Assembly: GCA_002269645.1 (NCBI GenBank)
Contig: NIVC01000713.1
Coordinates: forward strand, 1-64,000
From: Macrostomum lignano
Lineage: Eukaryota
Direction of reading: 5' to 3'
Length of the DNA stretch: 64,000 bases
Of this stretch, positions 33,464-45,284 are shown piece by piece. Numbering within the stretch: position 1 is the first letter of the stretch; every line of letters starts with the position of its first letter. The position numbers and the translations under genes are program-made. The notes below the pieces were generated by a model. That model did not search any database. It was not told the DNA's origin and worked only from the letters and a program-made list of their open reading frames with translations.

Positions 33464-36400
33464 ATGGCGCCAAAACGGTAAGTTGCTTATACAGTCAGTT
33501 ACATATTGTCAGCCTTGTATAGCTTATAAAAGCTTTGTTTGTAAGAAAATGAATTTTAGCTAAATTTCTAATTACATTTTTAAAAGAAGAAAAATCATTT
33601 TGTTTTTTTAACTTACTACCGTGTGTTTTAAAAAGCCAAGGACAATTACACCATACTACGCTCGTACTATTACCAATCTGTACTGTACTCTTCTGATATA
33701 TTCAGTTTATGATTTTCAAATTCAAGTTCGTGAAGTTAAAAAAAAGATTGATAATCGAGTATGGCGAGACTGAGACATGCAAAGCTTGGAGATGTCGATC
33801 ACTACTGGTCGTATTTCAATGAGTGCATGTATTATTGAAGCTAAACCAGACAGAATAAATGTAAACATTATCCAATACTCGTATTAATGCTTATTTATAG
33901 CTAAAAAAATAAAATGCACGTAGGCGAATCCTAATACATTGGTCACAAGCACGTGCAAACTTCCGGCCGAATGATGATGTACACGTCTGCAGTTCAGTTA
34001 AAATGTGCCCCATTTCCCGGGACTTCGATGATGTGGGAATCAGGTACCAATTTCACGAGACACTACTAACTGCTATTAGCAGCTGCTAGTCGGCTTTTGG
34101 TTTCTTGAGTTTAACAGTCGCACTCTAATTTTTACAATGCAGTCTGCTAACTTTTGGCTTCTCGAGCTTCATCAGTATGGGATGAGAACTTTGAGCGATT
34201 TAGGTGGTCAAGACTCAAAAGGCTATTGTTTTTTAGCAGACTTCTAATTCGCGCGGTTTCATGAGCGTATGCATGTCCTGTAGCAGTTCTCTGCTGACGA
34301 ACACAACGTTATACATTTAGCTGCTAAAAATTTTTGCATAATTGAGAGGCGGCTAATTACTGTAATTAAGAATCGAGATTCCACTATTCCACGCGCTTCA
34401 ATTAATTAGCTGATATCCCGGTCGGTAATCGTCTACCGAGAGAGTTCAAAGATTGCGTGAATTTCGACGCCTGTGTGATGACTTCAAGCTGCAGCGCTTC
34501 CGAATGAATCTGAAGAAGTTTTAAAGACGTCGTCGGCGCGGACTCCGACCGTCCATTTAAGTGTATTGGTCGACGGGACATAAAGGACATCTTTTATTCC
34601 CATAAAGCAGCGGCATCGCTACACGAGAATCGGGCAGCGTCAGCGACGCTAGAATTCTGCGAAATAGCCGTCTTTTACAAGAATCCAGACGGAACAGTGG
34701 ATACCTTTTCCAGGATTATTCATTCTCGGCGACAGCATATTTCCCTGTCTGGACTGGCTATAAATCCCCACCTGTTCTGGCCGCCTCTGGCTCCGCCGCC
34801 ATCATCCCTTCCTGTACAGAAAGTTTCTTGTGTTCGATGGATTCCATTTTAATTCAAAGTCACAAAAATCCGCTTCATAATCCATATTTTAAGCCTTCTC
34901 GCCTTGAGAGAGCCCATGTTTAATTCCTGCCGCATTATCTATGGCGCAACACTACAGCTATGTACCTATACCATGCTGCTAGTTAGCAGCTCAGACATGA
35001 AACTAAAACTTCCCAACTGTCGGTTAGCTGCTGCTATAAGTTAGCAGTGCAGCTTCGTGAAATTGGTCCCAGATGTGCATATGTAATATAAGTTATCTAT
35101 GGCCGAAAGACATTATATATCGAGTTGCTATGCTCATGAATGCTGATGATGAGTCTCTAGCTATTAACTGTGTGTATTTTACTTCTGAGAGTAGCTGATC
35201 GAGACATGCGCGTGTACCATGTATAATTTACATGTAATGCACTCTGCGATCGCACTGCAAGCAGCAACATGCCCGGCATACTTCTACTGTGCAGTACCCA
35301 TCGTAGTAATTGTAGATTTGTCAATATCCGCCGCAGCCCTTAAAATTTTATTTTTTCGAGCGGTATCAGCTAAAGAATTACGCGTACACACGTAATTGGT
35401 GAGCCATTTTTTTAATTTACAATTTTATTTCTGGTATCAATTTATGGTACATTGCTATTATTTCAATTACACAGCGCCTATATACTCGTAACATGATGAT
35501 ATGCCTCGCAAACTTAATACTTCTTCTAGAGGTCATGCGATGCCACCAGCTTGTACAGTAGTTGTAGATGATGCGACATGTACACTGCACATGCAAATCT
35601 AGAGACCCTGTTATGGCCATACATTTACCGTATGATACATGTATATGCCCGGCTCCCCAACAACCTCACAAAGATTTTTCTCCTCGACTGAGACTAATGA
35701 CAGGAGCTCAACTTTTCCCACCTCTTGGACGTGATATCTACCGATCACCGGGATAGGGGCACCCACCAAGAGACATGGGTGCCTCCCTTCGAAGGAGATA
35801 GGTTAATGGTCTTAAATACTCTGACATCGTGTACGGTAACTATATGCCACGTTAGTGTCCTCTAACCCTAAAATTGAAACGTGTGTGGATGCATGTGCGA
35901 TCTTTCACCCTCAGAACAAATGATGACCTAGACATTTACATGTAAGCTGCAGGAGTCTCTGAACACAAATTGAACAACATTTTCGCTAAAGATTCTGAAC
36001 TTTCATCTGTTTAGAAAACTGTGTGGCACGCATGCAGTAAACTATACAAACGGCATTTGGATAATTACTTGATTAATACCCATGCACTTTAGCTATAATA
36101 CACTTTAACCACTCTAAAGGGGAGGGTGCGGTGAAGGTTGAAAGGGGCATTAATGAGGGGAGAGAAAGAGAGAGAAAGAGAGAGGGGGTGGTATGACTGC
36201 GAGACATCATGAGCCAGGTACAGAGTTCAGGTACCAGGTACATGTACAGTTGCCCTACCAGATTTTCATGCATGCACAGTGCTTCTCTATATAGCAAGAC
36301 AGCATTTTTCAAGCTTTTAGAATAGCGCTTCTCTGCCCACAATTTTTGCCCTTCAGGTCTATCAAACCTCTGCTAAAGACGGGTCCATCTGTTTTATTTG

Positions 36401-38483
36401 GTAGAAAATTTACAATACCTGCTGTCAACAGAATGGAGGACTTTGTCGCTGGTGCAATTGGCGGTAAATATGGACTGTGAGCTTACACCTATTGCAGACA
36501 GCTCCCTGTTCCTGAAGATTCTGATCTCACAGCTGTTACAGACAGCTCCCTGTTCCTGAAGATTCTGATCTGACAGCTGTTACAGACAGCTCCCTGTTCC
36601 TGAAGATTCTGATCTCACAGCTGTTATAGACAGCTCCCTGTTCCTGAAGATTCTGATCTCACAGCTGTTACAGACAGCTCCCTGTTCCTGAAGACTCTGA
36701 TCTCACAGCTGTTACAGATAGCTCCCTGTTCCTGAAGACTCTGATCTCACAGCTGTTATAGACAGCTCCCTGTTCCTGAAGATTCTGATCTGACAGCTGT
36801 TACAGACAGCTCCCTGTTCCTGAAGACTCTGATCTCACAGCTGTTATAGACAGCTCCCTGTTCCTGAAGATTCTGATCTCACAGCTGTTACAGACAGCTC
36901 CCTGTTCCTGAAGATTCTGATCTCACAGCTGTTACAGACAGCTCCCTGTTCCTGAAGATTCTGATCTCACAGCTGTTACAGACAGCTCCCTGTTCCTGAA
37001 GATTCTGATCTCACAGCTGTTATAGACAGCTCCCTGTTCCTGAAGATTCTGATCTCACAGCTGTTATAGACAGCTCCCTGTTCCTGAAGATTCTGATCTC
37101 ACAGCTGTTATAGACAGCTCCCTGTTCCTGAAGATTCTGATCTCACAGCTGTTATAGACAGCTCCCTGTTCCTGAAGATTCTGATCTCACAGCTGTTACA
37201 GACAGCTCCCTGTTCCTGAAGATTCTGATCTCACAGCTGTTACAGACAGCTCCCTGTTCCTGAAGATTCTGATCTCACAGCTGTTACAGACAGCTCCCTG
37301 TTCCTGAAGATTCTGATCTCACAGCTGTTATAGACAGCTCCCTGTTCCTGAAGATTCTGATCTCACAGCTGTTACAGACAGCTCCCTGTTCCTTCAACGA
37401 GACAGTTCCAAAGTTATCAGTCCAAACGCATCTTATCAAATTGCAAATCTTCAGGTGCCAGCGGATTATTGATTGGCCACCCTATGGAGGTGATGAAGGT
37501 GCAACTGCAGGTGACCAACGCTGGAGATACTTCTGTGGCGGCTAAGGCCATGCTCAGCAGAGGAGTTTGGCAAGGTAATGAAGAGGCAATTCGGTTCATG
37601 AATTAAAAAATTCTACATTCCTTATTCATGATCGCCCTCCTTTTTTCAGGCCTTTTTCGTGGCATGTCAGTGCCTATGGCGTCATTCACGGCGGTGAACG
37701 CAGTTTTCTTTGGTGTCTATGGCCAAACACTGGCTCTGCTGAGCAGTCTGCGGCCTGACAGTCGCTATGGCAACGTGGCCCTGGCTGGCATGGCCGGCGG
37801 AATGGCCCAGCTGCCTTTGACGGCGCCTTTGGACCTGATTAAAACTGCGATGCAAGCGCAGCTGAGCAGAGTGAGCAGTGAGTGACCCAGAACTTACTGA
37901 GTCTTGCATCACGACCCCTGGTTCGATTTCCAGGCCAACATTCATTTAGGGCTTGCGTGCGCTCAGGAGTCGACGGAATGGGAAGAATTGCCTCAGCATT
38001 AACCCTTGCACTGCAGATGCAGCGGACGCATTCCATAGAGGCCCAGCCTCCTGCGCAATGGCCATTATTAAACGAGACGGCCCAGCAGGACTCACCCGCG
38101 GTTTCGCGTTAACTTTCGCTCGCGACGTGCCCTCCTACGGACTGTACATGCTGCTCTACGATTGGCTGTCGGAGCGGATCGTTCACGTGACTGGGGAGAC
38201 GGCGGGCTCCCTGCTGGGCGGGGGCATCGCGGGCTTGGTGAGCTGGCTGTCAGTTCTGCCCATAGACACTGTGAAGTCCAACCTGCAAGCCGAGGCTGGG
38301 ACCGGATCGATGCGCCGCAGCGGTTTGTCTGTTGCTAAGCGGATTCTGGCCGAGCAGGGCACTGCGGGACTGTACCGGGGCGGCCTGATCGTGGCGGTGA
38401 GGAGTTTCCCGGTCAACGCCGTCACTTTCTTTGTCTGGAGTCGGACGTTGTCGCTGCTGCGGGAAGAGCAACAGCACTTCTGA
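33464..38483 (+). CDS. Mitochondrial solute carrier, SLC25A45/A48/A29-like; core CDS 36433-38483 (281 aa), with a possible in-frame upstream micro-exon
   Basis: Core exons 36433-36463, 37455-37574, 37650-37877, 38017-38483 (846 nt). Three carrier signatures: HPMEVMKVQLQ, APLDLIKTAMQ, LPIDTVKSNLQ; also GLFRGM, GLTRG..LTFARDVPSYGLY, GLYRG..RSFPVNA. Putative exon 33464-33477 joined to acceptor 36357 adds 30 aa in frame. Confidence 0.88.
34041..35072. mobile_element. ISL2EU/PIF-Harbinger-like non-autonomous DNA transposon
   Basis: TIRs CAGGTACCAATTTCACGA / (rc) CTGGGACCAATTTCACGA, with further CTGCTA-rich similarity inside; flanked by AT on both sides (34039-34040, 35073-35074). Confidence 0.7.
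36495..37393. repeat. 44-bp minisatellite ACAGACAGCTCCCTGTTCCTGAAGATTCTGATCTCACAGCTGTT
   Basis: About 20 near-identical units filling an SLC25 intron. Confidence 0.97.
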
Positions 38484-38489
38484 CTGCAA

Positions 38490-38685
38490 ACTGCAGATTC
38501 TCAAATGCTGAGGGAGCGGAGAGGCAGATTCTCAAATTCTGAGGGAGCGGAGAGGCAGATTCTCAAATGCTGAGGGAGCGGGGAGGCAGACTCTCAAATT
38601 CTGAGGGAGCGGAGAGGCAGACTCTCAAGGAGAGAGGGGTGGAGTGACAGATTCTCAAGGACTGCGGAGAGGCAGACTCTTAGAG
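38490..38685. repeat. Degenerate ~31-bp repeat GCAGATTCTCAAATGCTGAGGGAGCGGAGAG
   Basis: About 6 units immediately after the SLC25 stop codon. Confidence 0.8.
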
Positions 38686-39049
38686 AAAGCATATGTAATG
38701 TTTTATTAAAAGTTACCCATTCGCAATAGTTGCTAACTAAATTTTTAATTTCCTTTCTTCAGGAGTAGAATCGTTGCATTTTGTACGTTTCTGATTGTGC
38801 TCAAGTATTAATTAACTATACGCGCGCCAATGAACTGCATAAGACTAACATGTTAAGTATTAGATTAAATCAAATTGTTTTCTTAAAGTATAAACTTAAA
38901 GTATAAAGTATAATAAACTGTCTGATTGGGACAAAAATGGGACATTCAAAAAAGGACATTGACAGAACTGATCCGGAACAAATAAACTGTTTGAGCAGCC
39001 GCTGCCACTGATAACACAACTGTCTGATGCTTTTTGTGATTGCTGAAGG

Positions 39050-39802
39050 AATTATTGTGGGAATAATTGTCAATCTGCTGAGGGGAATGATTGTCAATAT
39101 GCTGGGGGGAATGATTGTCAATATGCTGGGGGAATGATTGTCAATATGCTGGGGGAATGATTGTCAATATGCTGAGGGGAATGATTGTCAATCTGCTGAG
39201 GGGAATGATTGTCAATATGCTGGGGGAATGATTGTCAATATGCTGAGGGGAATGATTGTCAATATGCTGAAGGGAATGATTGTCAATATGCTGAAGGGAA
39301 TGATTGTCAATATGCTGAAGGGAATGATTGTCAATATGCTGAAGGGAATGATTGTCAATCTGCTGAGGGGAATGATTGTCAATATGCTGGGGGAATGATT
39401 GTCAATATGCTGAGGGGAATGATTGTCAATATGCTGAGGGGAATGATTGTCAATATGCTGAAGGGAATGATTGTCAATATGCTGAAGGGAATGATTGTCA
39501 ATCTGCTGAGGGGAATGATTGTCAATATGCTGAGGGAATGATTGTCAATATGCTGAGGGAATGATTGTCAATATGCTGAGGGGAATGATTGTCAATCTGC
39601 TGAGGGGAATGATTGTCAATATGCTGGGGGAATGATTGTCAATATGCTGAGGGGAAATGATTGTCAGTCTGCTGATAGAAATGATTGTCAATATGCTTAG
39701 GGGAATGATTGTCAATCTGCTGATGGGAATGATTGTCAATCTGCTGAGGGGAATGATTGTCAATCTGCTGAGGGGAATGATTGTCAATCTGCTGAGGGGA
39801 AT
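39050..39802. repeat. 24-bp minisatellite GGGAATGATTGTCAATATGCTGAG (left part)
   Basis: About 30 units; GATTGTCAATC variants are odd palindromes; interrupted by the gypsy element. Confidence 0.96.
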
Positions 39803-42800
39803 TGTGAGCCATTGATTTGCTATAGAGCGCCCACCCCATTTTTCCGGGTCCGTACGTCAGCCGGCTTTCTCTCTCTAACTCTCGCCCCCTTATCTGTACT
39901 CGTAGTAAGCAAAGTGTACATTTACGACCACCACCCCACGCAATGCAGTAGCCGACTAAATATTAAATAAATAACATCGTCTCGCCCACTGTGGCTTTCG
40001 TACTTCTTCGTGCAACTGCCAAATCATGCATTAAACTCTTACATGGCGTCGCAAGCCATAGCACTATCGCCACCTGGCACCTTCGATGCAGAAGGTGAGC
40101 CGCATACCATCGCACAAAAGTGGAAAAATTGGACTCGGCGCTTTGAGAGCTACCTTGTCGCGGCCGGCATCAAAGATGAAAATCAAGCTCAAGAAATCCT
40201 ACTCTACTCAGCCGGCGAATTCATCCACTCGCTCGTCGAAGACAACAGCATTGCACGAGGCGAATCAGCCAAGAAACTAGCAGAAAACATTCAAAGCCAC
40301 CTGGACAAGAAAAACAACATCGTCTTCCTACGATACATGTTTGAGACCTGCCGACAGCTAGAGGGCGAAGGAATCGATGCCTGGTATGTCCGACTGAAGA
40401 AACTGGCGGAGCCATGCAAGTTCGGCGACTTGAGCAACTCGCTAATTCGGGACAAGATTGTGGCGTACTGCCGGTCTGAGAAAATGCGGCGCGATCTGCT
40501 CCAGTCAGGCGACATCAGCCTGGCTGACACGCTGACCAAGATCCGCGCCAGAGAAACAGCGGAGCGACAGGCGCAAGCAATGGAGCTCGGCAGCCGACCG
40601 GTGCCGGAGGACGTGGCAGCAGTGAGCAGCAGCGGCCGCGGCTCGAGAGCGGCAGACGGAAAGTCGCAGGTCACCTGCAACCGGTGCGGCAGACAAGGGC
40701 ATGCTGAATGCGACACCGCCCGGGGCAAGTCCTGCAGGAAATGCGGCAAAATCGGACATTTCGCCCGTGCGTGCAGGTCCAGTAAGGCCGGCCAGCTCAA
40801 CGCCATCCCGAGCGAGCAGGAGAACGTGACCTACCTGCTGGACAAAGACTCAGCTCCAGTCCAGGAGGGAATCTTCCACGTGGCCAGTGATCCGGCGTCA
40901 GCGAGAGTGACCGCTCAAATCGGCGGCACCTCCATGGACATCCTTATCGACAGCGGGGCCGGTTGCAACATCATGGACGTCAGCAGTTTCAATGGCCTGC
41001 CACACCGACCCCCACTGCAGCCAGCCAGCAGCCAGCTGTTTGCCTACGGAAGCTCGCACCCACTGAAGCTGGTCGGCAAGGTGACTCTGCCTGTAAATGT
41101 TTTTGGTGTCTCCAGAGACGCGCCCTTTTTTATATTCGACGGCAGGGGCGCGACGGTCCTTGGCAGAAAATCTGCAATCGAAATGGACATCCTCCGTATC
41201 GGCCCGCCCAGCAGTCAGCCGACACCCGAGGTTCTCGCCGTCCACCGATCAGAGGGCCTCATCGACCAACTGCTCAAAGGAAATCGACTAGCGGACGAAG
41301 GCCTCCCAGAGCAACTGCAGCTGAGCCACATCCTCACCAAGCACGCTCAGGTTTTCAGCGGCATCGGATGCGTCAAGAACTACACGGCAACGATCCACCT
41401 GACGGAGGACGCCAGGCCGGTCTGCCACGCGCCCTCAAGGGTTCCTGTCCACCTGGCCGCAGCGGTCGACAAGGAGCTAAAGCTGCTCGAGGACCTAGAC
41501 ATCATCGAGCCTGTCAACGGCCCGGCACCCTGGGTGGCTCGGATGGTCGTGGTGCCAAAGGCGCAGACCGGCGAAGTTCGAATCACCCAGGACCTCCGAG
41601 ATGTCAACAGGTTTGTCATCAGGGAGCGACATCAAATCCCAACTTTCGAGGAGGTGACTGGGTGCATGGCAGGCGCCAAAGTCTTCTCGGAGCTGGATGT
41701 TGCCAAGGCTTTCTACCAGATCCTTGTGGCGGAAAGCTGCAGGAACCTGCTGACCTTCTCGACACCACGGGGCTGCGACGGCTCAAGCGGTTGTGCATGG
41801 GCCTCTCCACGGCTCAGGAAATCCTCCAAGTCGTCATGTCAGGCATCCTGGCTGGACTCGACAAGGTCAAGTGGATTCATGACGACATCGTTGTTTTCGG
41901 GAACTCCTTGGAGGAGCACAACAGGAATCTGGCAGCATGCCTCGCCCGCCTCCAGCAGCACGGCGTCACGCTCAATCCCGAAAAGTGCAAGCTAGCCAGA
42001 GACAAGATCACATTCATGGGCATGCAGCTCTCAGCCAGTGGAGTGCAGCCCACCGAAGACAAGATCGAGACAGTCAAGGCATTCAAGGCTCCAGAGACCA
42101 CCAGCCAGGTGAGGTCATTTCTAGGCCTTGTCAACTACCTGGCTGTGTTCACACCGCAGCTGTCAAAAATCGCTGAGCCACTGCGGCGCCTGACGAAGAA
42201 AGGCGCGGTCTGGAGATGGAGCGAAGCTGAAGACGCCGCTTTCAAGCAGCTGAAACAGCAGATCACGGAAGCCGGCGCCCTTAGCTTCTTCGACCAGAGA
42301 CTGCGAACCGAGCTCATAGTCGACGCCGGTCCGAGGGGACTCGGAGCCATCTTGGCGCAGCGGCGAGAAGATGGCACTTCAAGACCAGTGGCCTATGCCA
42401 GCCGGTCGCTCTCCGATGTAGAGTCCAGATACTCACAGACCGAAAAGGAGGCGCTGGCAGTGAAATTCGGATGTCTCCGATTCCAATACTACCTGCACGG
42501 CGCACCTCGATTCGATGTGATCACGGACCACAGGCCGTTGGTCAACATGCTGGCGCCAGGGTCGAGGCCGCCTCCTAGAGTCGAGCGAATGGCTCTGCAG
42601 ATTCAGCACATGAACTTCAAGGTGGTGTATCGCCCAGGGCCCCAGAATGCGGCAGACATCCTCAGCCGACAACCGCTAGCGACATCCGGGCACAACAAAG
42701 ATGCACAGCAGAACTCCGCCAGCATCGGCGCGGTACTGCAGGCCGCGGTGCCGAGAGCGCTCACAGTAGAGGACATCAGGCGGCACTCGCAGGCTGACCC

Positions 42801-44553
42801 GCTGATCAAAGCCGCAATCGCCGCCATCCAGGGAGCCAGGTGGGACCTCGGCCACCCGGAGCTGAGGTCACTGTATGCACTACGAGACGAGCTTGCTGAG
42901 GAGGACGGAGTGCTGCTTCGGCGGGACAGGATTGTGGTGCCAAGCAGCCTCCGGGAGACAATGTTGCGCCTCGCACATGCCGGACACCTGGGACTGCGGA
43001 AGACACTGGCCAGGCTGAGCAGCAAAGTCTGGTGGCCAAAGATGAGCGCAGATGCGGACAAGGCCGTCAGCAGTTGCCGCAGCTGCATCATGACATCACA
43101 TAAGCCGACAGTCAGCGCGACGCCACTGCAGTCGTCCAGCATCCCCAAGGGCGCCTGGCTGTCGATTGGCGCCGACTTCCTCGGTCCGGTGCAGAACAAG
43201 ATGCTGCTCGTCTGCGTGGATCACTACTCCCGGTATCCCGAGGTGCAGGTCATGCAGTCTACTACAGCGGAGGCAGTCATCCCGAAGCTGCGGGAATCAT
43301 TCTGCAGGTTCGGCATCCCAGAGGAGCTCGTTACGGACAATGGGCCTCCATTCTCGTCGGCGCAGTTCAAGGATTTCCTCAGGAGCTTCGGAATTCGACA
43401 CCGGGCCATCACTCCGCTCTACCCTGCGGCCAACGGCATGACCGAGCGCCTGAACAGATCGATCAACAAGGTCGTCCGCGCTGCAATCGCGGAGAGCAGG
43501 GACTGGCGCGAGGCTCTGGACGAGTGGATTCTGGCGTACCGGACGGCGCCACACGCCACAACCGGACGCGCACCCGCGGAGCTGCTGATGGGCCGCGCTT
43601 TGGGCAACGGCGTCCCCGGCCGGCGGCCACCAGCGCGGGTGCGCATCAACGACAAGGAGCTGCGGGAGCACGACCGCAAGCAGAAGCTGACGATGAAGCG
43701 GCACGCCGACGCTGCTCGAAGACAAAGAGAGCACAACTACGCGGTCGGCGACCAGGTGCTGCGGAAACGCGTCAACCCGCTGAAGGGCCAAACCCCATTT
43801 GAGAGCGAGCCCTGGACTGTGACCAAAGTGCAAGGCAACTCGCTGCAGCTACGGCGCGGTCAGGCCACTTGTCGGCGACACTGCACGGCCCTGAAGGCGC
43901 TGCCACCGGAGCCCGACCTGGTGGAGCCGCAGGCGGCGGCACCCGACGCTGCCGGCCCCGCCGACGTCGAGCAGAACGTGCCGATCGCCCGCACCCCGCA
44001 TCCGAGAGCGGCGAAGGAGGGATTCAAAGTCTACACTTGATTGAGGGGGGGGGTGATTTGATAGTCTTGAAATCCGTCGCAACTGTTTAAAAATGTTTGA
44101 AACTGTTAAATGTCTTTTGTAACCTTTTGCGTTTTTTTCGTTTCTCGAAATGCTTTTATTCCGGCTGCGTCCGTTGTTTTTTTTTATTCAATGGTCAGCG
44201 GAAACCAATATTTTATTTCCCCTGCAATCGGTATGTCGTTCGAGTCTCCCCGCGCTTCGAATGCAAGCATCGAGTTTTCAAAAGTGATTTTCTTTTCTGC
44301 GTTGAGGAGAGATGTGAGCCATTGATTTGCTATAGAGCGCCCACCCCATTTTTCCGGGTCCGTACGTCAGCCGGCTTTCTCTCTCTAACTCTCGCCCCCT
44401 TATCTGTACTCGTAGTAAGCAAAGTGTACATTTACGACCACCACCCCACGCAATGCAGTAGCCGACTAAATATTAAATAAATAACATCGTCTCGCCCACT
44501 GTGGCTTTCGTACTTCTTCGTGCAACTGCCAAATCATGCATTAAACTCTTACA
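39803..44553 (+). mobile_element. Full-length Ty3/gypsy LTR retrotransposon (Mag-like), very recent insertion
   Basis: LTRs 39803-40043 and 44313-44553 (241 bp, TG..CA, identical by eye); 5-bp TSD GGAAT (39798-39802, 44554-44558); PBS-like TGGCGTCGCAAGC right after the 5' LTR; PPT GAGGAGAGA before the 3' LTR. Confidence 0.97.
40043..44040 (+). CDS. gag-pol polyprotein of the gypsy element (one 1-nt frameshift near 41770)
   Basis: Gag with Cys/His knuckles CNRCGRQGHAEC and CRKCGKIGHFARAC; protease LIDSGAGCN; RT (LDVAKAFYQ, WIHDDIVV); RNase H (DAGPRGLGAILAQ, YSQTEKEALAV); integrase (HAGHLG..C.SC, DFLGP, VDHYSRYPEV, TDNGPPF, NGMTER). A G4 run at 41769 needs a fifth G to give TPRGLRRLKRL. Confidence 0.93.
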
Positions 44554-44680
44554 GGAATGATTGTCAATCTGCTTAGTGGAATGGTTGTCAACCTGCTGAG
44601 GGGAATGATTGTCAATCTGCTGAGGGGAATGATTGTCAATCTGCTGAGGGGAATGATTGTCAATCTGCTGAGGGTATTGA
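44554..44680. repeat. 24-bp minisatellite (right part)
   Basis: Same unit resumes after the 3' LTR. Confidence 0.92.
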
Positions 44681-45284
44681 TTGTGTTTTTGCTTTTGGTT
44701 TTTAATCTATACCTATGAATCGGAAGTATCTTGTGTTCTGTAACTATCGCAATGTTTCCAGACAATTTATTGTCAAGCTTCTGTGTATCAAACTAAGCTT
44801 ATGTTGCTAGTTGACGTCTAAGTTTTGTTTAAAAAAATCTTACATAGCAGTGCCGTAGATAAGATGATGCAGAGCGAAGATGCTCTCCTCTAAATATTTA
44901 AACAATGCTGAAGAAAATTTATGTATGAATTATTTGCTTTTTTTCTAAAATGAAGAGCCACACGTTCGAGAGCGCGATGAGAGGCCCATTTAGCCACTCA
45001 AATTGAGTCGCTTATTTTAAAACAAACACGTCTTTTTCAAATTTCAAACATTTGCTGTTAGCAAGGTAACCGAGGCAGACACAACTACATGTGTATATTT
45101 TAATTTTCACACATGAAGGCCAGCCACACAGGCACAAAGTGTGGGCCTCATGACCTCATGCCAGTCATGACGTTGTGGACCTCGTGAAAAAAACGCCATG
45201 TTATATAACTGTATATCGCGTTGTAGACTCTCGGTTTTGTACCGTTTCGATTTCAGATCAATGAAATCGTTTGAGTCAAAAGTT

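Noticed and set aside
41760-41790. Programmed ribosomal frameshift in gypsy pol
   Set aside because: It lies in the middle of RT rather than at the gag-pol junction, has no slippery heptamer, and is fixed by one extra G in a homopolymer.
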